The position numbers and the translations under genes are program-made. Below, piece after piece: positions 52,383 through 60,759 of a stretch of 64,000 bases of DNA; the first letter of the stretch is position 1, and each line of letters opens with the position of its first letter. Below the pieces are notes generated by a model that was not told the origin of the DNA, did not search any database, and was given only the letters and a program-made list of their open reading frames with translations. The stretch lies in the IMG/VR virus record IMGVR_UViG_3300010353_000347, positions 52,295-116,294 of that record; one strand, written 5' to 3'. The DNA is from a virus.

Positions 52383-53351
52383 TTACCGCGAGCGTCGTGA
52401 CTCGTCGTAAATAACCCTAGCTGCCTTTAGTCTGCTCCCGGACAAAAGGTCGAGTGTCCCATCTTCACGCCGCATATAGTACGTCTGGTCCGTACCGCCG
52501 AAGTCAACGAAGTTTTCTACTTTGCCCCTGACCGTTACACCCCTGGCATCCTCGTACTCCCACCACGGACCTGACTCTTTCAGGCTACGGGCCTTGGGGC
52601 GCTTGGACTCCACCCGGCGCATGGGAGTTTTCGCTGAGTCCGGTAAGAAGTACCCCGTCTCGATCTTTGCCTCCATCTGCGCGATGGCATCCTCGTCGGA
52701 CGGCAGTTGGCCAAGAAACCCTCCAGCATCGGGGCTTGTGTACCCGTACCCGTAGTCATCCCGGTACAGAACTACCCAATGCTTGCCTGTCTTAGACTCC
52801 CACTTCGCCACTACCCTGCCATTCTCCAGACTCTCGTACATGCCTTCCCGTAGCTTGCGCTTGGGCTTACGAGACTTGGATTCCATACGGAGTGCCCTGT
52901 GCGCCACCTCGTCGGCAAAAGCGTGCAGCCAAGGGGACTCAGACGGGTAGACCTTTAGTGCATCTTCCACGGTGTACAGGAGGCTATCCGGGTCGTGGAT
53001 TTTCAACGCCTCGTAGGCAGCAGTGGACGGTTCGTAGTTCGTGTTTATGAAAGCCCCAAGGTAATCCACCATCGTAGCCTCTGGGCCAATATGCACGGGA
53101 ACCCGAGACCCCTGCACTAGCTCTTCTCTCAGCATCTTCTTGCCCTTGGGCTTGGCGGACTCGTCAACGGGGGGCCAGTAGTAGATCGGAACACCCTCTG
53201 CGGTCCAACCCGTTAGGTACCTCTTCGCACCGCACTTGTTACAGATGAAGATAGTGGGGTTGTAAGTACGTTGAAAGATAACCCGGTCAAAGTGTTCCGG
53301 TGCCCCACGGAACCTTCGTACCCAAGTCAGTAAAGTCGGCGGGTAAGCCAC
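52383..53351 (-). CDS. Modular polyprotein (probably fused to 53287..53466 by +1 frameshift)
   Basis: Linkers ESAKPKGKKMLREE, ESKSRKPKRKLREG, ESKRPKARSLKES; ends DESRRSR. Confidence 0.7.
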   Translation of the reverse strand: MAYPPTLLTWVRRFRGAPEHFDRVIFQRTYNPTIFICNKCGAKRYLTGWTAEGVPIYYWPPVDESAKPKGKKMLREELVQGSRVPVHIGPEATMVDYLGAFINTNYEPSTAAYEALKIHDPDSLLYTVEDALKVYPSESPWLHAFADEVAHRALRMESKSRKPKRKLREGMYESLENGRVVAKWESKTGKHWVVLYRDDYGYGYTSPDAGGFLGQLPSDEDAIAQMEAKIETGYFLPDSAKTPMRRVESKRPKARSLKESGPWWEYEDARGVTVRGKVENFVDFGGTDQTYYMRREDGTLDLLSGSRLKAARVIYDESRRSR

Positions 53352-53466
53352 AGTTTGGGCATTCCTTCGTGTACTCGTAGTCCCAGCCCACTTCCTCTAA
53401 CAACGTCCCTCGCTGATTCTGCACAGCGGAAACGAAATCTTCTCGTAGCTTACCTAGTGGTCTCAT
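53287..53466 (-). CDS. 59-aa leader ORF ending at CTT-TGA-C
   Basis: ATGA-coupled to upstream stop; MRPLGKLRED...ECPNCG...WGTGTL*. Confidence 0.65.
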   Translation of the reverse strand: MRPLGKLREDFVSAVQNQRGTLLEEVGWDYEYTKECPNCGLPADFTDLGTKVPWGTGTL

Positions 53467-53681
53467 CGCTCGCTCCCCGACACTTGCCTCACAAGGGCAA
53501 GAATGTTTTCTGCATCCTGCCCGACGATTCCAACGGATTCAGCCCAACGGCGAAAGTCCTCTTCGTGATCCTCTGGATTCTCGAACCAAAGGATGTCGAA
53601 GTCGGGGAAGGCCGTCTTAAACGTGCTAGCCTTCCCCCCTACTCCGACGCTCGAAATGGAGGTATCCTCTCTGAGAGCCAT
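53463..53681 (-). CDS. Hypothetical protein
   Basis: MALREDTS..., SD supplied by upstream AAGAGGAAG. Confidence 0.6.
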   Translation of the reverse strand: MALREDTSISSVGVGGKASTFKTAFPDFDILWFENPEDHEEDFRRWAESVGIVGQDAENILALVRQVSGSER

Positions 53682-53682
53682 G

Positions 53683-55107
53683 TTACTTCCTCTTCCTCTT
53701 CTTGGACTCCGAGAGAGACAGTAGCATATCCGCAATCTCGTCCCAAGTTCCTGAGAACCCAGGTAGGTTGCCACCGTAGGAAGTGTTGTCAACGGGGAAG
53801 TCCTCTATCCACAACCTATCGTCCCCGTCATAGTCCCCAAGCGTCCAAACATTGTAGGTTGCCCCTCGCCAACTCACTCGTGCGTAAGGGCCTTGGTACT
53901 TATCAAACCCGTGGACAGATAGGAATTGGAACTCAGGAACTTCCGCAGAGATACCAAGCACAGCCGCTTGCAGGGCATCCATCCAGGCACGATCTTCCTC
54001 GTCACCCGACCACTCTCCCGTTTCTTTCAGGCTGCGCTTAGACTTTTTGGACTCCAAGTAGTCATCGTAGGGGGAATGCTCTGTGCCGGGAGGCGGATGT
54101 ACCCAGTTCCTCTCACCGTACTCGTCTGTGCCCATGTAGACACCACAGTTTGTGCTGCTGCCACGGTCTCGCCAAACGTCTCCATCCTCATCGTACTCTA
54201 TGTCCTGCCCGCACAGCGCACAAACCTCATGCTGCCCGTCAAAAGGCTCAGACTCGTACTCGTACTCTTTCAGATTGCGCTTAGACTTTTTGGACTCCAA
54301 TTGGATGCAAGCCGTGTTCTTCCCCGTCTTATAGCGTGCCCCAGTTACGTCGTCTGTGTACCAGCCGCCGTTGCTCTGTTTGGTAAATGTTACGGAGTCG
54401 GTTTCCCTAAACTTAAACCTACCCCCAACCGGGATATAGTCGAAGATGGTGGATTGTCCGCTACCCGTTACCAAGTCCGCCCACGCAGAAGCCTCCATGC
54501 CCGACTCCGTAACCGCCCGCAACCCTCTACGCTTTGGCTTTTTGGCCTCGTTGAACCTGTTAGAAGAGATACCCTGCTGCATGGAGTTGTAGAGTTCTCC
54601 TGTCAGCACCCTGCCGAAAAACCCGTTGAACATCTCCTCTGCTAGGCTCTCGTCCCCCCCAAGGGATACAGAGAAGAAGCCGCACCAGTACGCACCGGCA
54701 TCTCTCGGCATTGGGACAAACATAGCCTCGTCTTTGTACGGAAGAACCCCAGCGGTTATCTGTACCTGGAGGCAAAAGTCCTCCCAGTAGGCTAGATCCC
54801 AAACCCCGTAGTCTCTGAGGTGCCGCCCAAAGTCGTAGACTGACTCGGGAACAATGTCCGAGGGCTCTTCCCGCAACCTTCTACGCTGAGACGGCTTGCG
54901 CCGATTGGACTCGTCATTCTCGGAAAGGACTTTCCGCTGTGACGGGGATACGAACTCCCGTGCCACCGGCTTTGATGGCTCGTACATGACGCCCAAACGA
55001 CCACGGATGGGGTAACCCTCGACTCGCCCACTACTGTCCGTTTTCCCTTTCGAGATGGCGGCAGTCGTAGCGAAGAATGAATCTCTTACGTTCTCTCTCG
55101 GGGACAT
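53683..55107 (-). CDS. Modular polyprotein
   Basis: Linkers ESNRRKPSQRRRLREE, EAKKPKRRGLRAVTES, ESKKSKRNLKEY, ESKKSKRSLKET; ends ESKKRKRK. Confidence 0.75.
   Translation of the reverse strand: MSPRENVRDSFFATTAAISKGKTDSSGRVEGYPIRGRLGVMYEPSKPVAREFVSPSQRKVLSENDESNRRKPSQRRRLREEPSDIVPESVYDFGRHLRDYGVWDLAYWEDFCLQVQITAGVLPYKDEAMFVPMPRDAGAYWCGFFSVSLGGDESLAEEMFNGFFGRVLTGELYNSMQQGISSNRFNEAKKPKRRGLRAVTESGMEASAWADLVTGSGQSTIFDYIPVGGRFKFRETDSVTFTKQSNGGWYTDDVTGARYKTGKNTACIQLESKKSKRNLKEYEYESEPFDGQHEVCALCGQDIEYDEDGDVWRDRGSSTNCGVYMGTDEYGERNWVHPPPGTEHSPYDDYLESKKSKRSLKETGEWSGDEEDRAWMDALQAAVLGISAEVPEFQFLSVHGFDKYQGPYARVSWRGATYNVWTLGDYDGDDRLWIEDFPVDNTSYGGNLPGFSGTWDEIADMLLSLSESKKRKRK
54024..54300. repeat. 34-bp direct repeats (32/34 identical) flanking one protein module
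   Basis: ctttcagNNtgcgcttagactttttggactccaa at 54024-54057 and 54267-54300. Confidence 0.9.
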
Positions 55108-55109
55108 AG

Positions 55110-55691
55110 TCACTTCCTCTTCCGGGACTCGTCAAAGTCCTCTTCGTCGCCGTACATATCCGCTAGGTCGGCCTGAGCCTCTTCCGCTGAGTCGTAGATC
55201 GCCCAAGGTATGGAGTCAAGGTAACCTGGGGCCTGATACCTACCAATCCAGCCTGTCACCTCTCGGAACGATAGGGGGTCACCCTCGCAGTAGTCACGAA
55301 GCTGCTGAATGTCGGTGACAGCCCCTACTACGTCCACAGGGATGATCTCTGTACCGTGAGTGGTGTCCACTTCGTAGGCTGTGCCGTAGTAAATCTCAGG
55401 CTCCATGAAGCCTTCCTTAACGACACGCTTCCGGGAACGCTTGGATTCCTCGATCACGTTTTCAACAGGAACCCCACCGATAACACGGCCAATGTTGGTT
55501 TCTACGCTCACACGAGTTCCCGAATCGTTAATGTAGAACAGGGTTCCGATAAACACTTCGCCCGTATCAGGGTGCGAAATAGTTATAGTGTCCCCCAGGG
55601 CTACTTCGGAACCGCTGGGTAGCGTAGCCTTGTAGAGACCATCCTCGCTATCCCACTCCCTCAGCTTCGCACGGCGAAAGGGTGGCGCTTC
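55110..55691 (-). CDS. Modular protein lacking its own start (open in -1 frame of upstream gene)
   Basis: Frame open from 55691: ...FRRAKLREWDSEDGLYKATLPSG...HPDTGEVFIG; first GTG (55556) has no clear SD. Confidence 0.6.
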   Translation of the reverse strand, partial: EAPPFRRAKLREWDSEDGLYKATLPSGSEVALGDTITISHPDTGEVFIGTLFYINDSGTRVSVETNIGRVIGGVPVENVIEESKRSRKRVVKEGFMEPEIYYGTAYEVDTTHGTEIIPVDVVGAVTDIQQLRDYCEGDPLSFREVTGWIGRYQAPGYLDSIPWAIYDSAEEAQADLADMYGDEEDFDESRKRK

Positions 55692-58132
55692 TCACCCTCC
55701 CGTACTCTCTTGGACTCTCCGAAGAGGCCACCCTTGCGCTTTAGATCCTCGTGGGGAACGACAAGAGACTGACCGTTGCCGAAGGCTACGGCGTACAGGT
55801 AACCGTCACCGTGGGGGAACTGCTGGACGATCTTTCCGTCACCATAAGCACCCTCAGAGCCGAAGTAGGTTACGTCCTCTCCAATCTGATACTGCGGATC
55901 GGCTGTATCCTTCGCGTCTACCTTTTCCTTAACGGCGAAAGGGCGACGGCGGCGGGCCTCCTTAGCCTCGCCTGACTTGTCTCGGAGGTCTTTCTTCTCG
56001 TCCTCTTCCTCCTCGATTTCCTCGTCGTCCTCTTCCTCTAGCTCGTCCTCTTCGTCGTCCTGCTCACGGATCTTGCGGGACTTCCGGCGGAGAGCTTCCA
56101 TGCGACGGCGGAGGCGACGACGGGACTCTTCCTTCTTGTCCTTGTCCTCTTCGTCGTCATCTTCCTCCTCGATTTCCTCGTCGTCCTCTTCCTCTAGCTC
56201 TTCGTCATCTTCGTCGTCCTCTTCACGAAGTTTTCGAGCCTTGGCACGGAGACGGGACTCTTCCTTCTTGTCCTCACCCTCTTCGTCGTCCTCTTCCTCT
56301 AGCTCGTCATCTTCGTCGTCATCCTGCTCGCGGATCTTACGTGCTAGCCTACGACGGCGGGACTCTTCCTTGTCCTTCTTCTTTAGGAAGTCGGGCTTGT
56401 CGTCACCCTTATCCTCGTCGTCCTCTTCCTCTAGCTCTTCGTCACCCTCTTCGTCCTCTTCCTTCAGGAACTTGTCGAGAACGGACTTGGCTTGCTTGCG
56501 GTACTTCTCAGCAAACGAGAGGTTGCCACCGTCGGTAGGAGCGGACTTCGCCTTCTTCTCGGCGTCACCCGGCTCATCGCCAGCTACGGTCGGGTCAGGA
56601 GTCGTGAAAGCGGTGTCCTCTGCCTCACCCTCTTCACCCTTGGACTTGGTTCCTGTGGTCGGGAAGGAAGCATCCGCCGAGGCAGGAATAACCTCCTCTT
56701 CCCGCAGACTGTTTAGGTAGGCGGCGACTGCGGCTTGCGCGTTCTTGCCCCGTGCTACCTGCTCGATTAGGTCTCTAACTGTCAGCTTCATAGCGGTTGC
56801 TCCTCTTTTAGTGCTAAAGGACTTTCCTGAATTTGTTGACTCCCGTACATAACCACTAGTACAGAAGTTAAGTGACTCCCTATCGGAACCGAACAGAATC
56901 AACCCAAGACGTTTTATCTCACCGATTACAACGTCCGCGATACGCATACGGGAAGCGTTATCGGTGTAACTGCCTTCCGGTGGAAGTACCGAAAGTACCA
57001 AATCCCCATCCCACATCCTGATTTTAACCTCTATGTTTGGGTCAATCGAAGCGAGCGTGTGACGGACTTCGGCGGCTATGGAATCTAAGAAGGAGTCGGA
57101 TGATTCCTCTCTGTACACTCGGGTTGACTCCATTTTTGAAAGTGCCTTCTCTTGGCACCTTGAACAGCGATTCGTGATGCCGTCTGCGTACTCAGTTACC
57201 TGCATGAATCGGTTACAGCCCTCACAACGGCGATGGTTTCCTTCGGTGACGGATTCGTACCCCATCCAAGCACTCCGGTTCTCAAAGTCCCGATCCAAGT
57301 TTGTGTCGGGATCATACTCCTCACCACGCTCGTAGGGCGGAGGAGTATCTTCTTTACAGGAGAAGCACACCGGGCCGTATTCATAGGTGTTCGGGATTTC
57401 CCCTGTGAGAACGTAGAACTTCTGCCCTGCGGCTTCCCAAGGTGTACCACAAGAGATGCAAGCAACGTCTGGGTCTACGGGAGTGAACCCGGAGTATTCT
57501 CTCGCCTCTAGGGTGGACCCCCCTAGCTCTGACCAACCAGAATTGGAAGCCAGACTTTCGGAAACCCTCTTGGATTCAGCAAGATCAACGTCGTAGCTGC
57601 CGCACTTGGGGCACTTGGGGCTCATGCTCCCCGACTTGAAAACCTTACCACACTCCTGACACTTGACTTTCATGGATGCGCTCTCTTCCACACTAACCGA
57701 GGTTTCCTGTGCTACTGGCCACGGCACAATGATCTCCTCTTCGGCAAACGTCCCCTTACCTAAAGCCTCGCTGTAGGAGAGGATTTCGGAAACCGGGATG
57801 CGAAGCTGCCACAACCCGCCCCTGCTCGCTCGCCGTGCAACCCCACGATCTAAAGTGAGACTCACAGTATTCGTGAACCCCTCACTCCCTGTTAGGCCAC
57901 GGTAAGCTGTTACCTCTTCCCCGTACACCCGCCGTAGAAGCTCTTGTGACCGCCTAGCTACCTCTTGTCTCACCGCTTGGACATCCTCCACCCTGACAGT
58001 ATCCAAGTCAAGAGCGGTGGCAATCGCGTCAAGCGGATCGTCCTCGTAGAGGGCATGAACTAGGTCAGACGCGACCCCGGAATCCAGAATCATGCTTAGG
58101 ATTTCGGAGGATCGGGTGCCTGTGACGATCAT
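55661..58132 (-). CDS. Polyprotein: ART-like (R-S-E) domain + Zn fingers + acidic scaffold/core-like region
   Basis: TAYRG...VSLT...AEEEIIV; CQEC/CPKC, CISC/CFSC, CEGC/CSRC; internal ATG 56791 with AGAGGAG SD (MKLTVRDLIEQ) then EEDDEE/ESRRRR repeats. Confidence 0.7.
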   Translation of the reverse strand: MIVTGTRSSEILSMILDSGVASDLVHALYEDDPLDAIATALDLDTVRVEDVQAVRQEVARRSQELLRRVYGEEVTAYRGLTGSEGFTNTVSLTLDRGVARRASRGGLWQLRIPVSEILSYSEALGKGTFAEEEIIVPWPVAQETSVSVEESASMKVKCQECGKVFKSGSMSPKCPKCGSYDVDLAESKRVSESLASNSGWSELGGSTLEAREYSGFTPVDPDVACISCGTPWEAAGQKFYVLTGEIPNTYEYGPVCFSCKEDTPPPYERGEEYDPDTNLDRDFENRSAWMGYESVTEGNHRRCEGCNRFMQVTEYADGITNRCSRCQEKALSKMESTRVYREESSDSFLDSIAAEVRHTLASIDPNIEVKIRMWDGDLVLSVLPPEGSYTDNASRMRIADVVIGEIKRLGLILFGSDRESLNFCTSGYVRESTNSGKSFSTKRGATAMKLTVRDLIEQVARGKNAQAAVAAYLNSLREEEVIPASADASFPTTGTKSKGEEGEAEDTAFTTPDPTVAGDEPGDAEKKAKSAPTDGGNLSFAEKYRKQAKSVLDKFLKEEDEEGDEELEEEDDEDKGDDKPDFLKKKDKEESRRRRLARKIREQDDDEDDELEEEDDEEGEDKKEESRLRAKARKLREEDDEDDEELEEEDDEEIEEEDDDEEDKDKKEESRRRLRRRMEALRRKSRKIREQDDEEDELEEEDDEEIEEEEDEKKDLRDKSGEAKEARRRRPFAVKEKVDAKDTADPQYQIGEDVTYFGSEGAYGDGKIVQQFPHGDGYLYAVAFGNGQSLVVPHEDLKRKGGLFGESKRVREGEKRHPFAVRS
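55977..56470 (-). repeat. Coding low-complexity tandem repeats (acidic blocks alternating with basic linkers)
   Basis: Repeated ELEEEDDEE and ESRRRR...KIREQDD units. Confidence 0.85.
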
Positions 58133-58205
58133 AGGGTAGTTTTCAAAGAGGGGGATAGGGGGGGAGGCGACCGGGAATCCCCTGTCCAACCTCCCCCCTC
58201 ACCAC

Positions 58206-60443
58206 TTAGTAGACCGCCTCGTCAAACGACGCGCCAGTCGGTGTCAGCACGAGGTCAACCTGAATGACCTCTGCTGCCTTCGTCGGCTTCAGGTACACGC
58301 GAGCGGCCATAACACCCCGGTCAATAAGCTCCGGCGTGTTTGTCGTCTCGTCGCACACGACTCGGAAGTCGTAGAGTCCACGACGATCCTTGATCGTCTG
58401 TAGGTAGGGCTCCACGACACCCGTGAACTGTAGCCAAGTAATCGGGTCGTTCGGCTCGAACACGAAGTAGCGGATGCTCGAAGCGAGGACTTTGCGGAGG
58501 TACAGAATCAGCCTACGCACGTTGACACGATCCAGAGCCGTCGGCTTACGCTGTAGCGTCCTCTGGCCCCAAACCACGATACCGTCCTTCTGGAACTTCA
58601 CGATGGGGTTGACCGCATTCATGTTCCCGTAGAGAAGGTCGCGCTCCCCAAGGTCAGGAGAATGCTCTAGCTCTTTCGCTACGATGATCCTACCACGGGT
58701 GTAACCGGCGGGAGCGTACCAAAGCTCCGTGTTGTTGTCCGTGTAGGCGTAGATCGCTGCAAGGTGGCCCGATGGAGGCGTCCAAACGTGCGTATCGTTT
58801 ACCGCGTCGTACACCTTGCACCACGGCCAGTAGAGGGCACCGTAGGAAGAGTTGAACGCTTGGTGGTCAGCGTATGCGTTGGCTCCGTTGTGCCAATCCG
58901 TTACCTGCTGCACACTCAGGCCGAGCGGTGGGTCAATGATTGCCATGCAATCCCCACGAGTGATGCAGAGGGAGAGCATTTCATTGATGACGTTCGGGGA
59001 GTGGATGCCAGGGATCGCAATGAGGTTTACGTCGATCTCTTCCGGGTTACCGAAGCATTGTAGCCCCGTCCTGGTAGAACCGGAGACCGCCCCAATGAAG
59101 TCGTCATCGGAAACGGCGTCTAGCCCGTCAAGTCCACCGGAGAAGGTGTAGGTACCGTAGACAGGGAATCCCATGTCTCCGCCAACGTCCTCTGCCAGAA
59201 GATAGCTGGATACGTCGGTAATGGCATCCACGAAGAACCGCGAGCCAACCTCTGCGTCCTCTAGCTCAGGGGAAGAGACTAGGTTGTCCCACACCTCGAC
59301 CACGGCACCCGAGAACTGCACCGTGATCTTGAAAGTGTCCGTTGCCGAACCAGGGCCTACCACAACGGCTAGGTTGTTGCCCCATGTCCCCTCGTTGTGA
59401 GCGAAGAGCTTCATGGTCTCGACGTTCGGAAGAGCGCCACGGCCAGAAACCCAAACATCGGGGGTAATGCCTAGCAGAGTGAATGCACCTACGTCCGTCG
59501 GTAGGGCAGCGGACGGGAGGGAGACCATAATCTCGTAATCCTCTCCGTAGCTGTCGTGGGTTAGCTGGAGCCTCCCACCTACAACCGACGCTGTGATCGG
59601 TACCGGCACGGCATTGAGAGCCGCCTCGATAGTCGTCACCACGTTATCAAGGGACTGTGCCGCATCCCACGAGAAGTCAACCGTAGCCGTGGCCGTGGTT
59701 GCTGTGGACTTGCGGTACGAAGTGACTTCCATCGTGCTGATGCCGTTAGCACCGTAGTACGTTCCGGCTGTGAACCCAAGTAGAGCATACGCACTATTAG
59801 CACCCGCCACAAGGTCAAGCCTCGTGGACGATCCCACACCGTCAACCTGGATCGCTACCTGCGTTGCAAGCCCTGTCCCGTCTCGGAAGGTGTCTCCGGC
59901 GATGGCAGACGCACCTAGACCAGAAAGTGCCGCGTCAATCTCACCGATGATCGCAGCCTTGGCTACCCCGACTCCAGGAGTCAAAGTAATCGTCACGGGA
60001 GCGGCACCGTTGATTGACAGGTACAGCTTGTTGTCGCCAGAGGTAACGTCTACCGTGGCATCGTCGTTCGTGCCGAGGAACCCGGCACCGTAGGACGGGA
60101 AGAACGTGAACGGGCCTGTCTGGCTTGCCACGATCTTGGCCTGTGTCGCCGTACCTTTTAGGGTCTGGCATTGGGCCTTGGCGGAAGAGGAACTGTTTAC
60201 GCGAACGAACCATAGCTGCCTACCGTAGCGTAGGTACTCTAGCGCGGAGTAGGTAGCAAGGTGGTTCGGGTGGGGGTTACCGAATACGTTGGTAAACGCC
60301 GCCACGTTGGAAATGTAGGTTGGGGTGTTGACGGGTCCTCTTGTCGCCGTACCAACCATCCCGAGAATCGTGGATGATAGGTTAGGCAAGTAGAGGGATA
60401 GGTCAACTTCCCTAAAATATACGCCTGGGGAAACGAAGTTCAT
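58206..60443 (-). CDS. Tail sheath protein (gp18-like)
   Basis: MNFVSPGVYFREVDLS...GPVNTPT; PPSGH.AAIYA.TD...WYAPAG..RG; VWGQRTL...DRVNVRRL. Confidence 0.95.
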   Translation of the reverse strand: MNFVSPGVYFREVDLSLYLPNLSSTILGMVGTATRGPVNTPTYISNVAAFTNVFGNPHPNHLATYSALEYLRYGRQLWFVRVNSSSSAKAQCQTLKGTATQAKIVASQTGPFTFFPSYGAGFLGTNDDATVDVTSGDNKLYLSINGAAPVTITLTPGVGVAKAAIIGEIDAALSGLGASAIAGDTFRDGTGLATQVAIQVDGVGSSTRLDLVAGANSAYALLGFTAGTYYGANGISTMEVTSYRKSTATTATATVDFSWDAAQSLDNVVTTIEAALNAVPVPITASVVGGRLQLTHDSYGEDYEIMVSLPSAALPTDVGAFTLLGITPDVWVSGRGALPNVETMKLFAHNEGTWGNNLAVVVGPGSATDTFKITVQFSGAVVEVWDNLVSSPELEDAEVGSRFFVDAITDVSSYLLAEDVGGDMGFPVYGTYTFSGGLDGLDAVSDDDFIGAVSGSTRTGLQCFGNPEEIDVNLIAIPGIHSPNVINEMLSLCITRGDCMAIIDPPLGLSVQQVTDWHNGANAYADHQAFNSSYGALYWPWCKVYDAVNDTHVWTPPSGHLAAIYAYTDNNTELWYAPAGYTRGRIIVAKELEHSPDLGERDLLYGNMNAVNPIVKFQKDGIVVWGQRTLQRKPTALDRVNVRRLILYLRKVLASSIRYFVFEPNDPITWLQFTGVVEPYLQTIKDRRGLYDFRVVCDETTNTPELIDRGVMAARVYLKPTKAAEVIQVDLVLTPTGASFDEAVY

Positions 60444-60460
60444 GGGCTCTCCTCTCTACC

Positions 60461-60679
60461 TTAGCTTAGAGCGTCAAAACCGGCTGTGACCGGATCGGTT
60501 GTCACCGCGATTTCAAAGACGCCGAACGATTCCTTGTCAAGTATGTCCTGAGTCAGCCGCGTGTCGTCCATGACCACCGCTCTACGGGCAGTCATCAAGA
60601 CAGTAGCTTGCCCTGACTCGGTTGCATACAGGACAGGGATAACCTGACCCGTCTTGTTCCGCACTTTCTGGCTTGCCAT
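60461..60679 (-). CDS. Small conserved tail-region protein
   Basis: 72 aa, GAGGAG SD, directly upstream of sheath. Confidence 0.65.
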   Translation of the reverse strand: MASQKVRNKTGQVIPVLYATESGQATVLMTARRAVVMDDTRLTQDILDKESFGVFEIAVTTDPVTAGFDALS

Positions 60680-60759
60680 AGTTTAAGCTCCTCTTGTCCT
60701 TCATGCAATACCCGCCACTCGTCGCAGCGGGTATGAGAAAGGTCTAGGTTTTCCTAGTG

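Noticed and set aside
19503-55694. Frame breaks as general assembly indel noise
   Set aside because: Breaks cluster in modular cargo genes while long structural genes are intact; individual errors still cannot be excluded without reads
55977-56720. Plus-strand poly-Ser ORF and other plus-strand ORFs over structural genes (e.g. 1015..1545, 32365..32859, 42103..43296)
   Set aside because: Antisense shadows of well-supported minus-strand genes, without SD or family motifs
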